Assembly (NCBI GenBank): GCA_965214605.1
Contig: OZ243961.1
Location: 3,296,001 to 3,360,000, forward strand
DNA from: an uncultured Candidatus Binatia bacterium
Lineage (GTDB): Bacteria > Desulfobacterota > Binatia > Bin18
Reading direction: 5' to 3'
DNA: 64,000 nt
Part shown: positions 10,246 to 19,308 of the stretch, one piece after another
Layout: each line of letters begins with the position of its first letter
Position numbering within the stretch: position 1 is the stretch's first letter
The notes under the pieces: model-generated
Database searches by the model: none
What the model saw: the letters and a program-made list of their open reading frames with translations, nothing else
Told to the model about the DNA's origin: nothing
Program-made: the position numbers and the translations under genes

Positions 10246-11060
10246 CAGTCGCTCCCTACCACTACCGATATGTCGTCGCAATACTTACGGGCGGGAAGAT
10301 GGATCTGACCGTCAGCGGCGTCTAGCACGATGGTCGTCGGGGTGATTTCTCGCACAATGCCCTTAATGCCGGCGACCTGTACGGTGTCGCCGATCCGGTA
10401 GGCTTTTGCCGCGTAGTAGGAGGCCAGGATATTGGTGACGATCGGTCCTGAGCCCAGACCAAAGGCCAGGGCCATGCCGCCCAAGATCGTGGCCAACGCG
10501 ATGAAAATCGTGTTGGTGAAAAAACCGCTCTCCAGGCCGATTTCCTGCGCGCCGACAATCAGGGCAGCAACGAGGATGGCTGCCTGGGCTGCCCGGCCAA
10601 GAACTAGCGCATACTCCAGACCGGCAGCGGAGGCGGCTGTGGTAATCCACCGGTTGGCGACAATTCCGGCACCTAGTCCAATGAAGGCGAGCACGACCGC
10701 TAGGAGGACTCTCGGCAGATAGTGGGCGAGGCTTTGCAGCAAACCGGTGACGACCGGCAGGGGCAGCTTGTCGATCGCCGCGACCGCAAAGAACAACAGC
10801 ACAACCCAATACACGCCAGCCCCAATGACCCGGGGGGCGTTCTCGGCAAGCCTCGCGCCGCTGAGTCCGTCGGCGAGGCGAAACTGTCTGTTGATGCGAG
10901 CCACAAGGGCCGCAACAATTTTTCTACTCAGGAAGCGCAGGACGCCGGCTACGATCCAACCTGCCAGAAGCAGGCCTGCTGCCCCTAACGCGCCGGGCAA
11001 CAACGCGGTCAACCGCTCGGCTATCTGCTCCAGCATGGTCGTCCAACCCGGAAAGCTCAT
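10245..11060 (-). CDS. Small-conductance mechanosensitive channel family (TM-helix repeat/CmpX-like)
   Basis: Multiple TM helices, 'YLPRVLLAV', 'ALAFGLG', 'YRIGDTVQVAGIKGIVREI'; AGGAG RBS. Confidence 0.8.
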   Translation of the reverse strand: MSFPGWTTMLEQIAERLTALLPGALGAAGLLLAGWIVAGVLRFLSRKIVAALVARINRQFRLADGLSGARLAENAPRVIGAGVYWVVLLFFAVAAIDKLPLPVVTGLLQSLAHYLPRVLLAVVLAFIGLGAGIVANRWITTAASAAGLEYALVLGRAAQAAILVAALIVGAQEIGLESGFFTNTIFIALATILGGMALAFGLGSGPIVTNILASYYAAKAYRIGDTVQVAGIKGIVREITPTTIVLDAADGQIHLPARKYCDDISVVVGSD

Positions 11061-11159
11061 TCCTACTCCTGCACAAGCGCAGAAGGCGGGCTGCACGAGG
11101 TGCAGCCCGCCCAGGAACTGCGGTTAAAGCTGATAGTGAGCTTCGACCCAGAGTCGGGA

Positions 11160-12266
11160 CTAGTCCAGATCCATCCGATAGACTTTGACCGCATTATCAA
11201 ACACGATCTTTTTGGTGACCTCTTCCGGAACGCCGTCGAAGTCCTTTGCGATCCACTGCCGGGATTCCGGCCAAGTCGAATCGGTGTGCGGGAAGTCGGA
11301 CGCCCACATATAGTTGTCTTCTCCAAAGATCTTGTAGGTGGCCGGACCGACCGCGTCGTCCTGGAAGGTCCCCCACATCTGACGCCGGACATAATCGCTC
11401 GGCTTCATCGGCAGCGGGTTCTTCTCCATGATATTGAATTTCTCGTAGGCATGGTCCATGCGGTACATGAAGTGGGGGAACCAGCCAATGTCGTTCTCGG
11501 CCGAAACGATTTTCAGCTGGGGAAAACGCTCCAGCACCCCGCCAAAGATCAGCGTCGTCAGTGAACGTTGAATCTCATGAATCAGGTTCATGTAGAAGGA
11601 GCTGATCTGCTCAAAATTGACCTTGCTCTCCTTGCTCTTGCCGGTGATCACGTGTAGGGAGAGGGGCATGTCGAGGTCGGAGGCGGCCTGCCAGAACTTG
11701 TCATAGACGGGGCTGTTGTAAGGCTTGTCTTCCGGCGGTGAGCCCCAGATCATGGCTCCGCGCATGCCGAGCTTATGGGTGCGCTCCAGCTCCTTGACTG
11801 CGGCATCAATGTCGTACAGCGAGATCAGGCTGATCCCGTACAGGCGTTTGGGATTATGGGAGCAGAACTCGGCCACCCAGTCGTTATACACCCGGAAGCA
11901 GGCCCGTTGCAGATCGGCGTTTTCGAGACCGAACAGCGACATGCCAAGCGTGGTGTACAGCACCTCGGCCTCAACCCCGTCGATCTCCTGATCTTTAATC
12001 CGTTCTGCCGGGTCCCAACCGCTCGGCCGAGCCGCTTCATAACCCTTGTCAAGGTGGTCCTTGAGTTCCTGGCCCGAGCGGCCAGCCCCAAAACCACCGG
12101 CCACCGGAAATGGATCAATGCCCTCGGCTACAAAAATCAGCCCCGGTTTGTTGGGATTGTCAATGACTTTGGGGGCACGATCTTTATACTTGGCGTCAAG
12201 ACGCTCTACCCACAGTTCGGCCGGCTCCATCATATGGGAATCTGCCGAGACAACACGCATGCCCAT
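11160..12266 (-). CDS. Amidohydrolase_2 family protein
   Basis: 'SADSH', 'LSLH', 'GVLERFPQLKIVSAE', 'WASDFPH'; AGGAGG RBS. Confidence 0.9.
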   Translation of the reverse strand: MGMRVVSADSHMMEPAELWVERLDAKYKDRAPKVIDNPNKPGLIFVAEGIDPFPVAGGFGAGRSGQELKDHLDKGYEAARPSGWDPAERIKDQEIDGVEAEVLYTTLGMSLFGLENADLQRACFRVYNDWVAEFCSHNPKRLYGISLISLYDIDAAVKELERTHKLGMRGAMIWGSPPEDKPYNSPVYDKFWQAASDLDMPLSLHVITGKSKESKVNFEQISSFYMNLIHEIQRSLTTLIFGGVLERFPQLKIVSAENDIGWFPHFMYRMDHAYEKFNIMEKNPLPMKPSDYVRRQMWGTFQDDAVGPATYKIFGEDNYMWASDFPHTDSTWPESRQWIAKDFDGVPEEVTKKIVFDNAVKVYRMDLD

Positions 12267-12525
12267 ACTAGATCCTCCTTCAATAAAGTTTGAGTATCGG
12301 TCCACTCCAGTCGGATATCAGCCTCAGACAGAAGAATACCGCTGGTGTTGGATCTCTAGGGGAGTGTTTCGCATACGGGAGATATACTGTCAAGTTATGG
12401 TGAATGAGCATTCAGCTCCGTGGTGCTCAGCCGAGGCCGGTCGCGCCCGACAATCTGGCAGTGGACTAAAGTGGGACGGAGTGGGGGGGGGAGGGAGCGG
12501 CAGACGTTCTGTGCGCCTCCTGTGT

Positions 12526-13119
12526 TCAGGTTTTCGCAATAAGTTCTAAAAATCCGCGGAGCATACGGTACGTCAGGCCCCAAATCGTCTTTCCGCCGTA
12601 GAGCAGGGCGGGCACCTGAATTGATGTCCCGTCGTGTAGGTCACGCCGCACCTGCCGCTCGACGTCGTCTTTTTGCATAAAGGCCAGCGGCACCCAAATC
12701 GTATCCTGGACCTCAATCGGATCGGGGTCCGGACGCGCCTGTGTGGACACCAGGTAGACATACGGGGCGACGGTCATAGGGAGGGCTCGTCCACGCGCCG
12801 TAGCCTGAACCGCTGGGAGATGTCCCAGATACTCGCCGTGCTGCCCGAGGTCGATGCCGACTTCTTCTTTGGTCTCGCGTTGGGTTGTGACCAGCAAACT
12901 GGGGTCCTCCGGCTCTTGGCGACCGCCGGGGAAGGCCATATGTCCGGACCAGGGGTCCCGGGGATGATGGGCGCGATGGATAAACAGCATATGGAGGTCG
13001 TCCCGCTGTGGCTGCAAGAGGAGGGCGACGCCGGCCCGCATTTCGGCTTCCAGTGACGGAGGGGCAAATTGATGGCTGGCCAGGCTCCGACGAATCTGCG
13101 CAATTTTTCCTTCTAGCAT
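12526..13119 (-). CDS. Nudix CoA pyrophosphatase (NudL/Pcd1-like)
   Basis: 'SGHMAFPGG', Nudix box 'RETKEEVG', 'IWGLT'. Confidence 0.9.
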   Translation of the reverse strand: MLEGKIAQIRRSLASHQFAPPSLEAEMRAGVALLLQPQRDDLHMLFIHRAHHPRDPWSGHMAFPGGRQEPEDPSLLVTTQRETKEEVGIDLGQHGEYLGHLPAVQATARGRALPMTVAPYVYLVSTQARPDPDPIEVQDTIWVPLAFMQKDDVERQVRRDLHDGTSIQVPALLYGGKTIWGLTYRMLRGFLELIAKT

Positions 13120-13178
13120 ACCATCTCCTGAATCATGGCCGCATGTGTGACAGCACGGAGCAGGAAGATCACGGTTGG

Positions 13179-13415
13179 TTACTGTTGGGAGCTTTCTTCC
13201 TGATTTGCGTCTTTGAGCGCGTCGAGGACCGCGTTGGCACGCTGGACGTGAACTTGGACCTCAAGGATTTGGTTGAGCAGCCGGCTGATGTAGGTCCGAG
13301 CTTCTTCGGTTTGGGGGCCAAGACCTTTGACGAGCTGGGTCGCAGTGCCGATCCCCTGCGTCGCTTGATTCACCGCGCTTTTGATCTCCGCAAAGGTCTC
13401 TGTATCGATAATCAT
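13179..13415 (-). CDS. Small helical hypothetical protein (78 aa)
   Basis: Strong RBS (AGAGGAGAGG), amphipathic helical pattern, co-oriented with the Nudix gene. Confidence 0.6.
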   Translation of the reverse strand: MIIDTETFAEIKSAVNQATQGIGTATQLVKGLGPQTEEARTYISRLLNQILEVQVHVQRANAVLDALKDANQEESSQQ

Positions 13416-13622
13416 AGCCTCTCCTCTCTAGAGATCAGGGCTCAGCCAGGCTGTCTCTACCCATACCGGCAGAGTATTAGCGAGAATCAAGCGAACGTCA
13501 ATCCAGCTCTTGGAAGTCAAAGACTGCCACATCTCCCGACCCTTGACTTCGCTGGCCGAGATGGCTGATACTTGCCCCTTCATGTCTGCTGGACAAGTTG
13601 AAGCGTAACGAAAGACCGAGCA

Positions 13623-14828
13623 ATGAGACAAGCCCTGAGTGGAATTCGTGTTGTTGACCTCAGCCATTATATCGCGGGTCCGTACTGTACGAAGCTGCTA
13701 GCCGACTACGGGGCTGAGGTGGTGAAGATCGAAAAACCTCAGGAGGGCGACGGGGGGCGAGGACTGGCGCCTTTTTTTGCCGACCGAGCGGGTCTGGAAC
13801 GGAGCGCCCTGTTCTTCTTTTTGAATACCAGCAAAAAGGGCGTCACGCTTGATCTCAAAACCGACCGTGGGTGTGAGATTGTCTGTCAGCTTCTTGGCCA
13901 GGCCGATGTGTTGGTCGAAAATTTCCGGCCCGGTGTGTTGGAACGTTTGGGTTTGACCGAGGAAGTACTCGAGCGGGCCAATCCCCGCCTCGTCCATACG
14001 TCTATCTCTAACTTCGGCTCTTCCGGGCCGTATCGGGACTACAGCCTGACCGACGGCGTGGCGTATGCCCTGGGCGGCTGGACCTATCCCATGGGAGAGC
14101 TAGACCGCCCACCTGTCCAGCCAGGCGGCGCGTTTGGCCAGTATGTTGCCGGTCTGTATGCCGCCATTGGGACGCTGCAAGCGGTTCGCAATCGGGCCAC
14201 CCTAGATGCAGTCCAACATCTTGAGGTTTCGATTCAGGAAGCCCTAATCGCCACCACCCTGTACGATTTTGTGGCCTTCTCGTACTCTGGGTTTGTGCGT
14301 CAGCGCTCGGGCCGCCAGTTCCACCTCGGATTTCCAAACCTGGCTACCCTGCCGTGTGCCGATGGCTATGTCGGGATTCATGCCGGTTTGCCGCACCAGA
14401 TCCATGCCTTGTTGGAGATGGTGGGCAGATCTGATCTGGCCAATGACCCCCGCTTCCAGACGCTGGCCACCCTGGGCGCGCATGCCAAGGAGCTACACGA
14501 CGCCCTCCTGCCGTGGCTGCACGACCAAAAAAAGGAAGACGTCTACCATACCGCCCAGGCCCGCGGTATTCCGGTATGCCCGATTCCGTCTCCCAAAGAA
14601 GTGGTGGAATGGGCGCAACTGAAAGAACGCGGGCATTTTCTTGAAATTGAGCACCCCGAGGGCGGTCGGGTTAAGATTCCGGGACCTCCGTTTCGGGAGT
14701 ATGGGGAACCGCTGTGGCCGTTGACCCGCGCGCCGTTGTTGGGCGAGCACACCGCAGAGGTGTTGCAGACGCGTTTGGGGTATTCGGCAGCTACAATACA
14801 GGGCTTGCGGGATGAGGGGATAGTCTAA
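13623..14828 (+). CDS. Family III CoA-transferase (CaiB/BaiF), subunit lacking the catalytic Asp
   Basis: 'VVDLSHYIAGP...LADYGAEVVKIE', 'ENFRPG', 'APLLGEH'; Gln at the Asp position ('AFGQYVAG'). Confidence 0.9.
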   Translation: MRQALSGIRVVDLSHYIAGPYCTKLLADYGAEVVKIEKPQEGDGGRGLAPFFADRAGLERSALFFFLNTSKKGVTLDLKTDRGCEIVCQLLGQADVLVENFRPGVLERLGLTEEVLERANPRLVHTSISNFGSSGPYRDYSLTDGVAYALGGWTYPMGELDRPPVQPGGAFGQYVAGLYAAIGTLQAVRNRATLDAVQHLEVSIQEALIATTLYDFVAFSYSGFVRQRSGRQFHLGFPNLATLPCADGYVGIHAGLPHQIHALLEMVGRSDLANDPRFQTLATLGAHAKELHDALLPWLHDQKKEDVYHTAQARGIPVCPIPSPKEVVEWAQLKERGHFLEIEHPEGGRVKIPGPPFREYGEPLWPLTRAPLLGEHTAEVLQTRLGYSAATIQGLRDEGIV

Positions 14829-14882
14829 CGGATGACCTCTTTCGGAAGATCGGTCGTCGTTCATCGTAACAAGGAGACAGTC

Positions 14883-16109
14883 ATGAGCAAACCACTCCGT
14901 ATCGTCGATCTGACCAATGGCTGGGCAGGGCCGATGGGCACCTGTTTGCTGGGCGATTTTGGTGCTGAGGTGATCAAAGTTGAGTCCCCGTCACATATGG
15001 ACTGGTGGCGTGGGGCGGGTCTTCAAGGCTCGGACGACGGCCCCAAGCTGTACGAACAGTCGCCAACCTTCAATACGGTTAATCGCAATAAGATCGGTAT
15101 TGCTCTGGAACTGACCCATCCGCGCGGCCGCGAGCTGTTCAAGGCCCTGATTCGGGTCAGCGATGTGCTGGTTGCCAACTATCCGCCGCGTATTCTGCGG
15201 AAACTGGACATTGACTTTGGGGTGCTGTCCGCGGTCAACCCTCGTCTGGTGATGGTGACCTTGCCAGCGTTTGGCAACACCGGCCCGGAAAGTGAGTATG
15301 TCGGCTTTGGCTGTACGACCGAAGCGATGGCCGGCATTACCGGTGTGACGGGCTACGAAGGCGGACCGCCGCAGATGCTGAGCAACGCCATTGGTGATCC
15401 GGTTTCAGCGCTCAACGCCTGTTTTGCTTCCCTGGTCGGGGTATTTGAACAAGAGCGGCGTGGTCAGGGGGTGTCGATAGATCTTTCGCACGTGGAGGGC
15501 TTGCTGCCGCTCAACGCCGAAGCCCTGCTTGACTACACGGTCAATGAACGGGTGCAGGAACCGATTGGCAACCGCCATCGGACTTTGGCGCCGCACGGCT
15601 GTTATCCGTGTGCGGGTGATGATGGCTGGGTGATGATCACGATCGCCTCTGATGCCGAGTGGCAGAATTTCTGCCGCGTCCTCGGCAATCCCTCCTGGAG
15701 TCAAAACGAAGGCTTTGCCACTGTCGCAGGGAGAAAGGCGGCTGAGGATGAACTGGACGCCCACATTGCCGCCTGGACCAAACACCACGAACATACTGCC
15801 GTGATGGAGCAGTTACAGCGGGCTGGCGTAACGGCTGGAGCCGTTCTGTCGGGACCGGAGGTGATGAGCGATGCGCAACTGGCCGCTCGCGAATTTCTGC
15901 TGGCTATTGATCGGGAAGAGGCCGGGATGCATCTATATCCGGGATTTGTTCCCGCCTTCCACACCACACCCTCCGAGGTGAGAACGCCGGCGCCGTGTTT
16001 TGGCCAACACAACGCCGATGTGTTTGGTCGTATCCTAGGTCTGTCGGCCAAAGAAATTCAACAGCTTGAAAACGAGCGGATTATCAGTCACGAGCCGATT
16101 CTGCCCTAA
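14883..16109 (+). CDS. Family III CoA-transferase (CaiB/BaiF)
   Basis: 'WAGP..LGDFGAEVIKVE', 'NRNK', 'AIGDPVSA' catalytic Asp, 'APCFGQHN'; AGGAG RBS. Confidence 0.9.
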   Translation: MSKPLRIVDLTNGWAGPMGTCLLGDFGAEVIKVESPSHMDWWRGAGLQGSDDGPKLYEQSPTFNTVNRNKIGIALELTHPRGRELFKALIRVSDVLVANYPPRILRKLDIDFGVLSAVNPRLVMVTLPAFGNTGPESEYVGFGCTTEAMAGITGVTGYEGGPPQMLSNAIGDPVSALNACFASLVGVFEQERRGQGVSIDLSHVEGLLPLNAEALLDYTVNERVQEPIGNRHRTLAPHGCYPCAGDDGWVMITIASDAEWQNFCRVLGNPSWSQNEGFATVAGRKAAEDELDAHIAAWTKHHEHTAVMEQLQRAGVTAGAVLSGPEVMSDAQLAAREFLLAIDREEAGMHLYPGFVPAFHTTPSEVRTPAPCFGQHNADVFGRILGLSAKEIQQLENERIISHEPILP

Positions 16110-16121
16110 GTCTGGGCACGT

Positions 16122-16799
16122 TCAGCCCCAGCTGCCCCGTTGACTGGGCAGGCTGAGGGCTTGGCTCAGGCGGGTGAGGAACTCCGTGCGGGGGATTTCA
16201 TACGCCCCCAGCCTGTACAGGTGGGGGGTGCCGATCTGGCAGTCGATCAGGCTAAACTCCCATTCCTTGAGCCGCCGCGCGAGGCTGAAAAACGCGACTT
16301 TCGAGGCGTTGGAGACACGGGTGAACATGGACTCGCCAAAGAAGGCTCTCCCAAGACTCACCCCATATATCCCGCCGGCCAAGCACTGTCCGTCCCAAGC
16401 CTCAACCGAGTGAGTAAATCCGGCGTGATGCAGGTTGCAATAGGCCTCAATCATCTCTGGGATGAGCCAGGTGTCCTTGCCGTTGGCTAGACGTGTCTCG
16501 GCACACGCCCGAATCACCGAGCTGAACGCCTGGTCGAAGGTAATAGTGAAGCGTTGTTGTTTGATCAGCCGCTTGAGGCTGCGCGAGGCGTGAAATTCTT
16601 CGGGTTTTAAAACACAGCGTCTCGCCGGACTCCACCACAAAATTTCTTCGCCTTCCCCGTACCACGGAAAAATGCCCAGCTGGTAGGCGAACAGCAAGCG
16701 CTCAACTCCGAGGTCTCCGCCAACGGCCAAAAGGCCTTTTGGATCAGCCAGTTCAGGGTCGGGAAAGACTAGCTCTTGGCTCAACTGGTAGACTGGCAT
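16122..16799 (-). CDS. aat: Leucyl/phenylalanyl-tRNA-protein transferase
   Basis: 'GLLAVGGDL', 'GIFPWY', 'WWSP', 'FFGESMF', 'NASKVA'. Confidence 0.97.
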   Translation of the reverse strand: MPVYQLSQELVFPDPELADPKGLLAVGGDLGVERLLFAYQLGIFPWYGEGEEILWWSPARRCVLKPEEFHASRSLKRLIKQQRFTITFDQAFSSVIRACAETRLANGKDTWLIPEMIEAYCNLHHAGFTHSVEAWDGQCLAGGIYGVSLGRAFFGESMFTRVSNASKVAFFSLARRLKEWEFSLIDCQIGTPHLYRLGAYEIPRTEFLTRLSQALSLPSQRGSWG

Positions 16800-16807
16800 A
16801 AGCGTGA

Positions 16808-17035
16808 TTAGGCACGGTCAAGAAACGTGTTGAAACGGTTCAGGATTTCCTGGGGAGAATCGACGCCTTGGTGAGCCGAGGTGGCGGTCGACGGCACGGG
16901 CTCGACCGTCCTTGGAGGAAGGGGCTTGGCCAGGCACTGGGACAAAAAAAAGCTCAGGCTGACCATGACAAGCGACCAGCCAATCGGAGAGCCTGTTGCG
17001 CGTGTCCGGCATTTTGTCGCTGGCAGGTTTGACAT
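16808..17035 (-). CDS. Possible small exported hypothetical protein
   Basis: 75 aa ORF with hydrophobic stretch 'WSLVMVSLSFFLSQCLA', ends 8 bp before aat; no homology recognised. Confidence 0.3.
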   Translation of the reverse strand: MSNLPATKCRTRATGSPIGWSLVMVSLSFFLSQCLAKPLPPRTVEPVPSTATSAHQGVDSPQEILNRFNTFLDRA

Positions 17036-17093
17036 GGGGGAGCACCCTGACCGCTTTTCTCTGTTCTTGTGTCCGATCTGCTTTTCCTCATAC

Positions 17094-17135
17094 TGAGGGC
17101 GGTCTTTTCGTGCAAGAGCGAAAAGACCGCCCTCA
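17094..17135. terminator. Perfect 17-bp inverted repeat downstream of crcB (terminator/REP-like hairpin)
   Basis: tgagggcggtcttttcg-N8-cgaaaagaccgccctca; no clear U tract. Confidence 0.6.
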
Positions 17136-17140
17136 CAGGT

Positions 17141-17524
17141 TTATGAGGGCCCGAGTATGCCTCTGACCAGGACGATGCCCAAACTTACGCCGAGCAGCCC
17201 GAGTGCGACACTGCCAATGAGTTTGAAGCTGGCCAACACAAAATTCCCAGCTTGTAAAAGCCCGAGGACCTCATAGGTGTAGGTGGAGAAGGTCGTATAC
17301 GCTCCCAGAAAGCCAACCGCAAAAAAGAGGCGATACGGAGACTGCAGCAGATCGTGATGGCTCAGGACAACCATGAGGCCGCCGAGTAAAAAACTGCCGC
17401 TTATATTGGCAATAAAGGTGCCGTAGGGAAAAGTCGGACCAAAACGCTCAATCGCCCAGTCGGCGAGCAGCGCTCGGGCATTTGCCCCTAGAAATCCGCC
17501 CAAGCCTATCCACATATATTTCAT
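17141..17524 (-). CDS. crcB: Fluoride efflux channel CrcB/FluC
   Basis: 'GGFLGANAR', 'FPYGTFIANISGS', 'GFLGAYTTFST'. Confidence 0.95.
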   Translation of the reverse strand: MKYMWIGLGGFLGANARALLADWAIERFGPTFPYGTFIANISGSFLLGGLMVVLSHHDLLQSPYRLFFAVGFLGAYTTFSTYTYEVLGLLQAGNFVLASFKLIGSVALGLLGVSLGIVLVRGILGPS

Positions 17525-17528
17525 TGAT

Positions 17529-18305
17529 TTAGCTGCTGTGACGAAAAGAAAAACTAATCTCGTGCTTTTTCTGTGGCCCCAACTCGATCCGCTTCTGTTG
17601 CACCCCCAAGCGCTCATGCCAGGCTTCTATCACGTAGACACCCGGCGGCACGTTGACCAAGGAGAAGTTTCCCTCGGCGTCGGTCAGCGCAAAATAGGGA
17701 TGATCAAAAACGGCCACAAAGGCCCGCATCCAGCCGTGAATATCACAGGTGATAGGAATCCTGTTTTCCGGAGTGTGGATGCGAATCGTTCGTGAGGCTC
17801 CTTTGACGCCGAGGCTCAAGTTCCACGGTTGCGCCCGCTGTGGCGAGCTCCGGACGTTATGAGCCATGGGATCGCTATTCAGAAACCGTAGTGGCTGGCC
17901 GACTCGGACGGTGAGAATCCGAGGGATGAACACACAGCCTCTCTGGTCACTATCGACCGGCTCCTCGGGCACGGCAAAGACGCGCTCGCCCAAGCCGTCG
18001 GTGATGGACACCACTGCGTTCTGTAGTTTCCCGTTGTGGACAAGGAGGTCGGCGGCGAGCGGTAGGCCGTCTGGATGTTGGGCGCGGCAGGCCGACCAGC
18101 CGCCGAGCTGTAGCGGGGTTTGGGCCGGGACAGGGCCTTCAAAGCGGACTTGGCCGGAGACGGTTCCCACCCGTGACAGGTCCAGCGGAGTTGGGGTCCG
18201 AGCGGGCGAGGGTGGCGGGTGGTTCTGGCAGGCGCAGAGCGTTACGAGCAGCACCCAGATGCCTGTCCTCAGCGTCCGGAAAGCGGGCTCCATGGCGTCC
18301 TTCAT
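17529..18305 (-). CDS. Lipoprotein with cupredoxin-like and carboxypeptidase-regulatory-like domains
   Basis: Lipobox-like 'VTLCAC', 'DQRGCVF.P', 'NSDPMAHN', 'CDIHGWM', 'HPYFALTD..G', 'WHERLG'. Confidence 0.75.
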   Translation of the reverse strand: MKDAMEPAFRTLRTGIWVLLVTLCACQNHPPPSPARTPTPLDLSRVGTVSGQVRFEGPVPAQTPLQLGGWSACRAQHPDGLPLAADLLVHNGKLQNAVVSITDGLGERVFAVPEEPVDSDQRGCVFIPRILTVRVGQPLRFLNSDPMAHNVRSSPQRAQPWNLSLGVKGASRTIRIHTPENRIPITCDIHGWMRAFVAVFDHPYFALTDAEGNFSLVNVPPGVYVIEAWHERLGVQQKRIELGPQKKHEISFSFRHSS

Positions 18306-18326
18306 CGCCCGAGTGTGTGACCGGGC

Positions 18327-19298
18327 TCAGCGCCGTCCGATCTGTACCGCTTCGAGATTGGCGCAGTTAATCGGCGGCTGGCCAGCCCGGATACGGTTCA
18401 CGTTTGCGGCTAGACCGCGCGCGATGTCGTTATACGAGAGGTCTGTCACACCCGCGGTGTGAGGGGTGGCGATAACATTGTACTGAAACAGCGGATCGTC
18501 GGGATCGGTTGGTTCGTCCCAAAACACGTCGAGTCCAGCTCCGGCAATTTGGCCCTGGGCTAAGGCCTCGACGAGGGCATCATGGTCAATGACCGGACCA
18601 CGCGCAACATTGATCACAAAGGCCGTGTCTTTCATCCCGGCAAAGGCTGCCGCATTGAGCATTGCCCGCGTTGCTGGAGTCACCGGTAATGAGAGTATTA
18701 CAAAATCGGCCTGTCCCAAGACCCAGGCGACATCTTTCTGAGCACCAAGAAAATCAAGACCCAGTTCGTTTTTGAGGGCTGCGGACGGGTGTTGTTTAAT
18801 GCCCAGCAGGCGGACCTCAAAGGGCTTGAGGCGCAGGACGAGTTGCCGACCGATACTCCCCATGCCAACAATGGCGACCGTTTTGCCCATCAGCGCCGTG
18901 CCGAGCGGAGCGCCCAAGACACGGTTGTGGAGGCTCTTTTGCGCTTGCGGATAGTGGCGGGCGAGGCTGAGCATCAGAAAGATGGCGTGTTCGGATACCG
19001 ACGCGGCGTTGCCCGCGCCTTCATGGCCCGGAACATTGGCGACGTAGATGCCGCGTCGGGTCGCGGCAGGAATATCCACCCCCTCAATACCGACGCCAAA
19101 TTGGTTGATCAGCCTCGCTGAGGTGTTGTCAATCACCCTGGCATCCACCCGATACATAGCCGGGACCAACACGTCTGCCTCGGCCGCCCTTTCCACAACC
19201 TGCTCGGCCGGACAGGCGATGATCGTGTCGTCGGGCAGATGTTTGCGCAACACTTCGGCACAGTGCGGAAAATGGGTGGTGCAGATCATCACCTTCAT
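18327..19298 (-). CDS. D-isomer-specific 2-hydroxyacid dehydrogenase
   Basis: 'GMGSIG' Rossmann motif, 'INVARG', 'GAGLDVFWDEP', 'TPHTAG'. Confidence 0.92.
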   Translation of the reverse strand: MKVMICTTHFPHCAEVLRKHLPDDTIIACPAEQVVERAAEADVLVPAMYRVDARVIDNTSARLINQFGVGIEGVDIPAATRRGIYVANVPGHEGAGNAASVSEHAIFLMLSLARHYPQAQKSLHNRVLGAPLGTALMGKTVAIVGMGSIGRQLVLRLKPFEVRLLGIKQHPSAALKNELGLDFLGAQKDVAWVLGQADFVILSLPVTPATRAMLNAAAFAGMKDTAFVINVARGPVIDHDALVEALAQGQIAGAGLDVFWDEPTDPDDPLFQYNVIATPHTAGVTDLSYNDIARGLAANVNRIRAGQPPINCANLEAVQIGRR

Positions 19299-19308
19299 GC
19301 GCTGAGGT

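Noticed and set aside
12382-12394. CTTGACAGTATA 12-mer shared (opposite strand) with 58961-58972
   Set aside because: Shared 12-mers are expected by chance in 64 kb and both may just be -35 boxes
17525-17620. Fluoride riboswitch upstream of crcB
   Set aside because: crcB starts 4 bp after the upstream gene's stop; no room or motif
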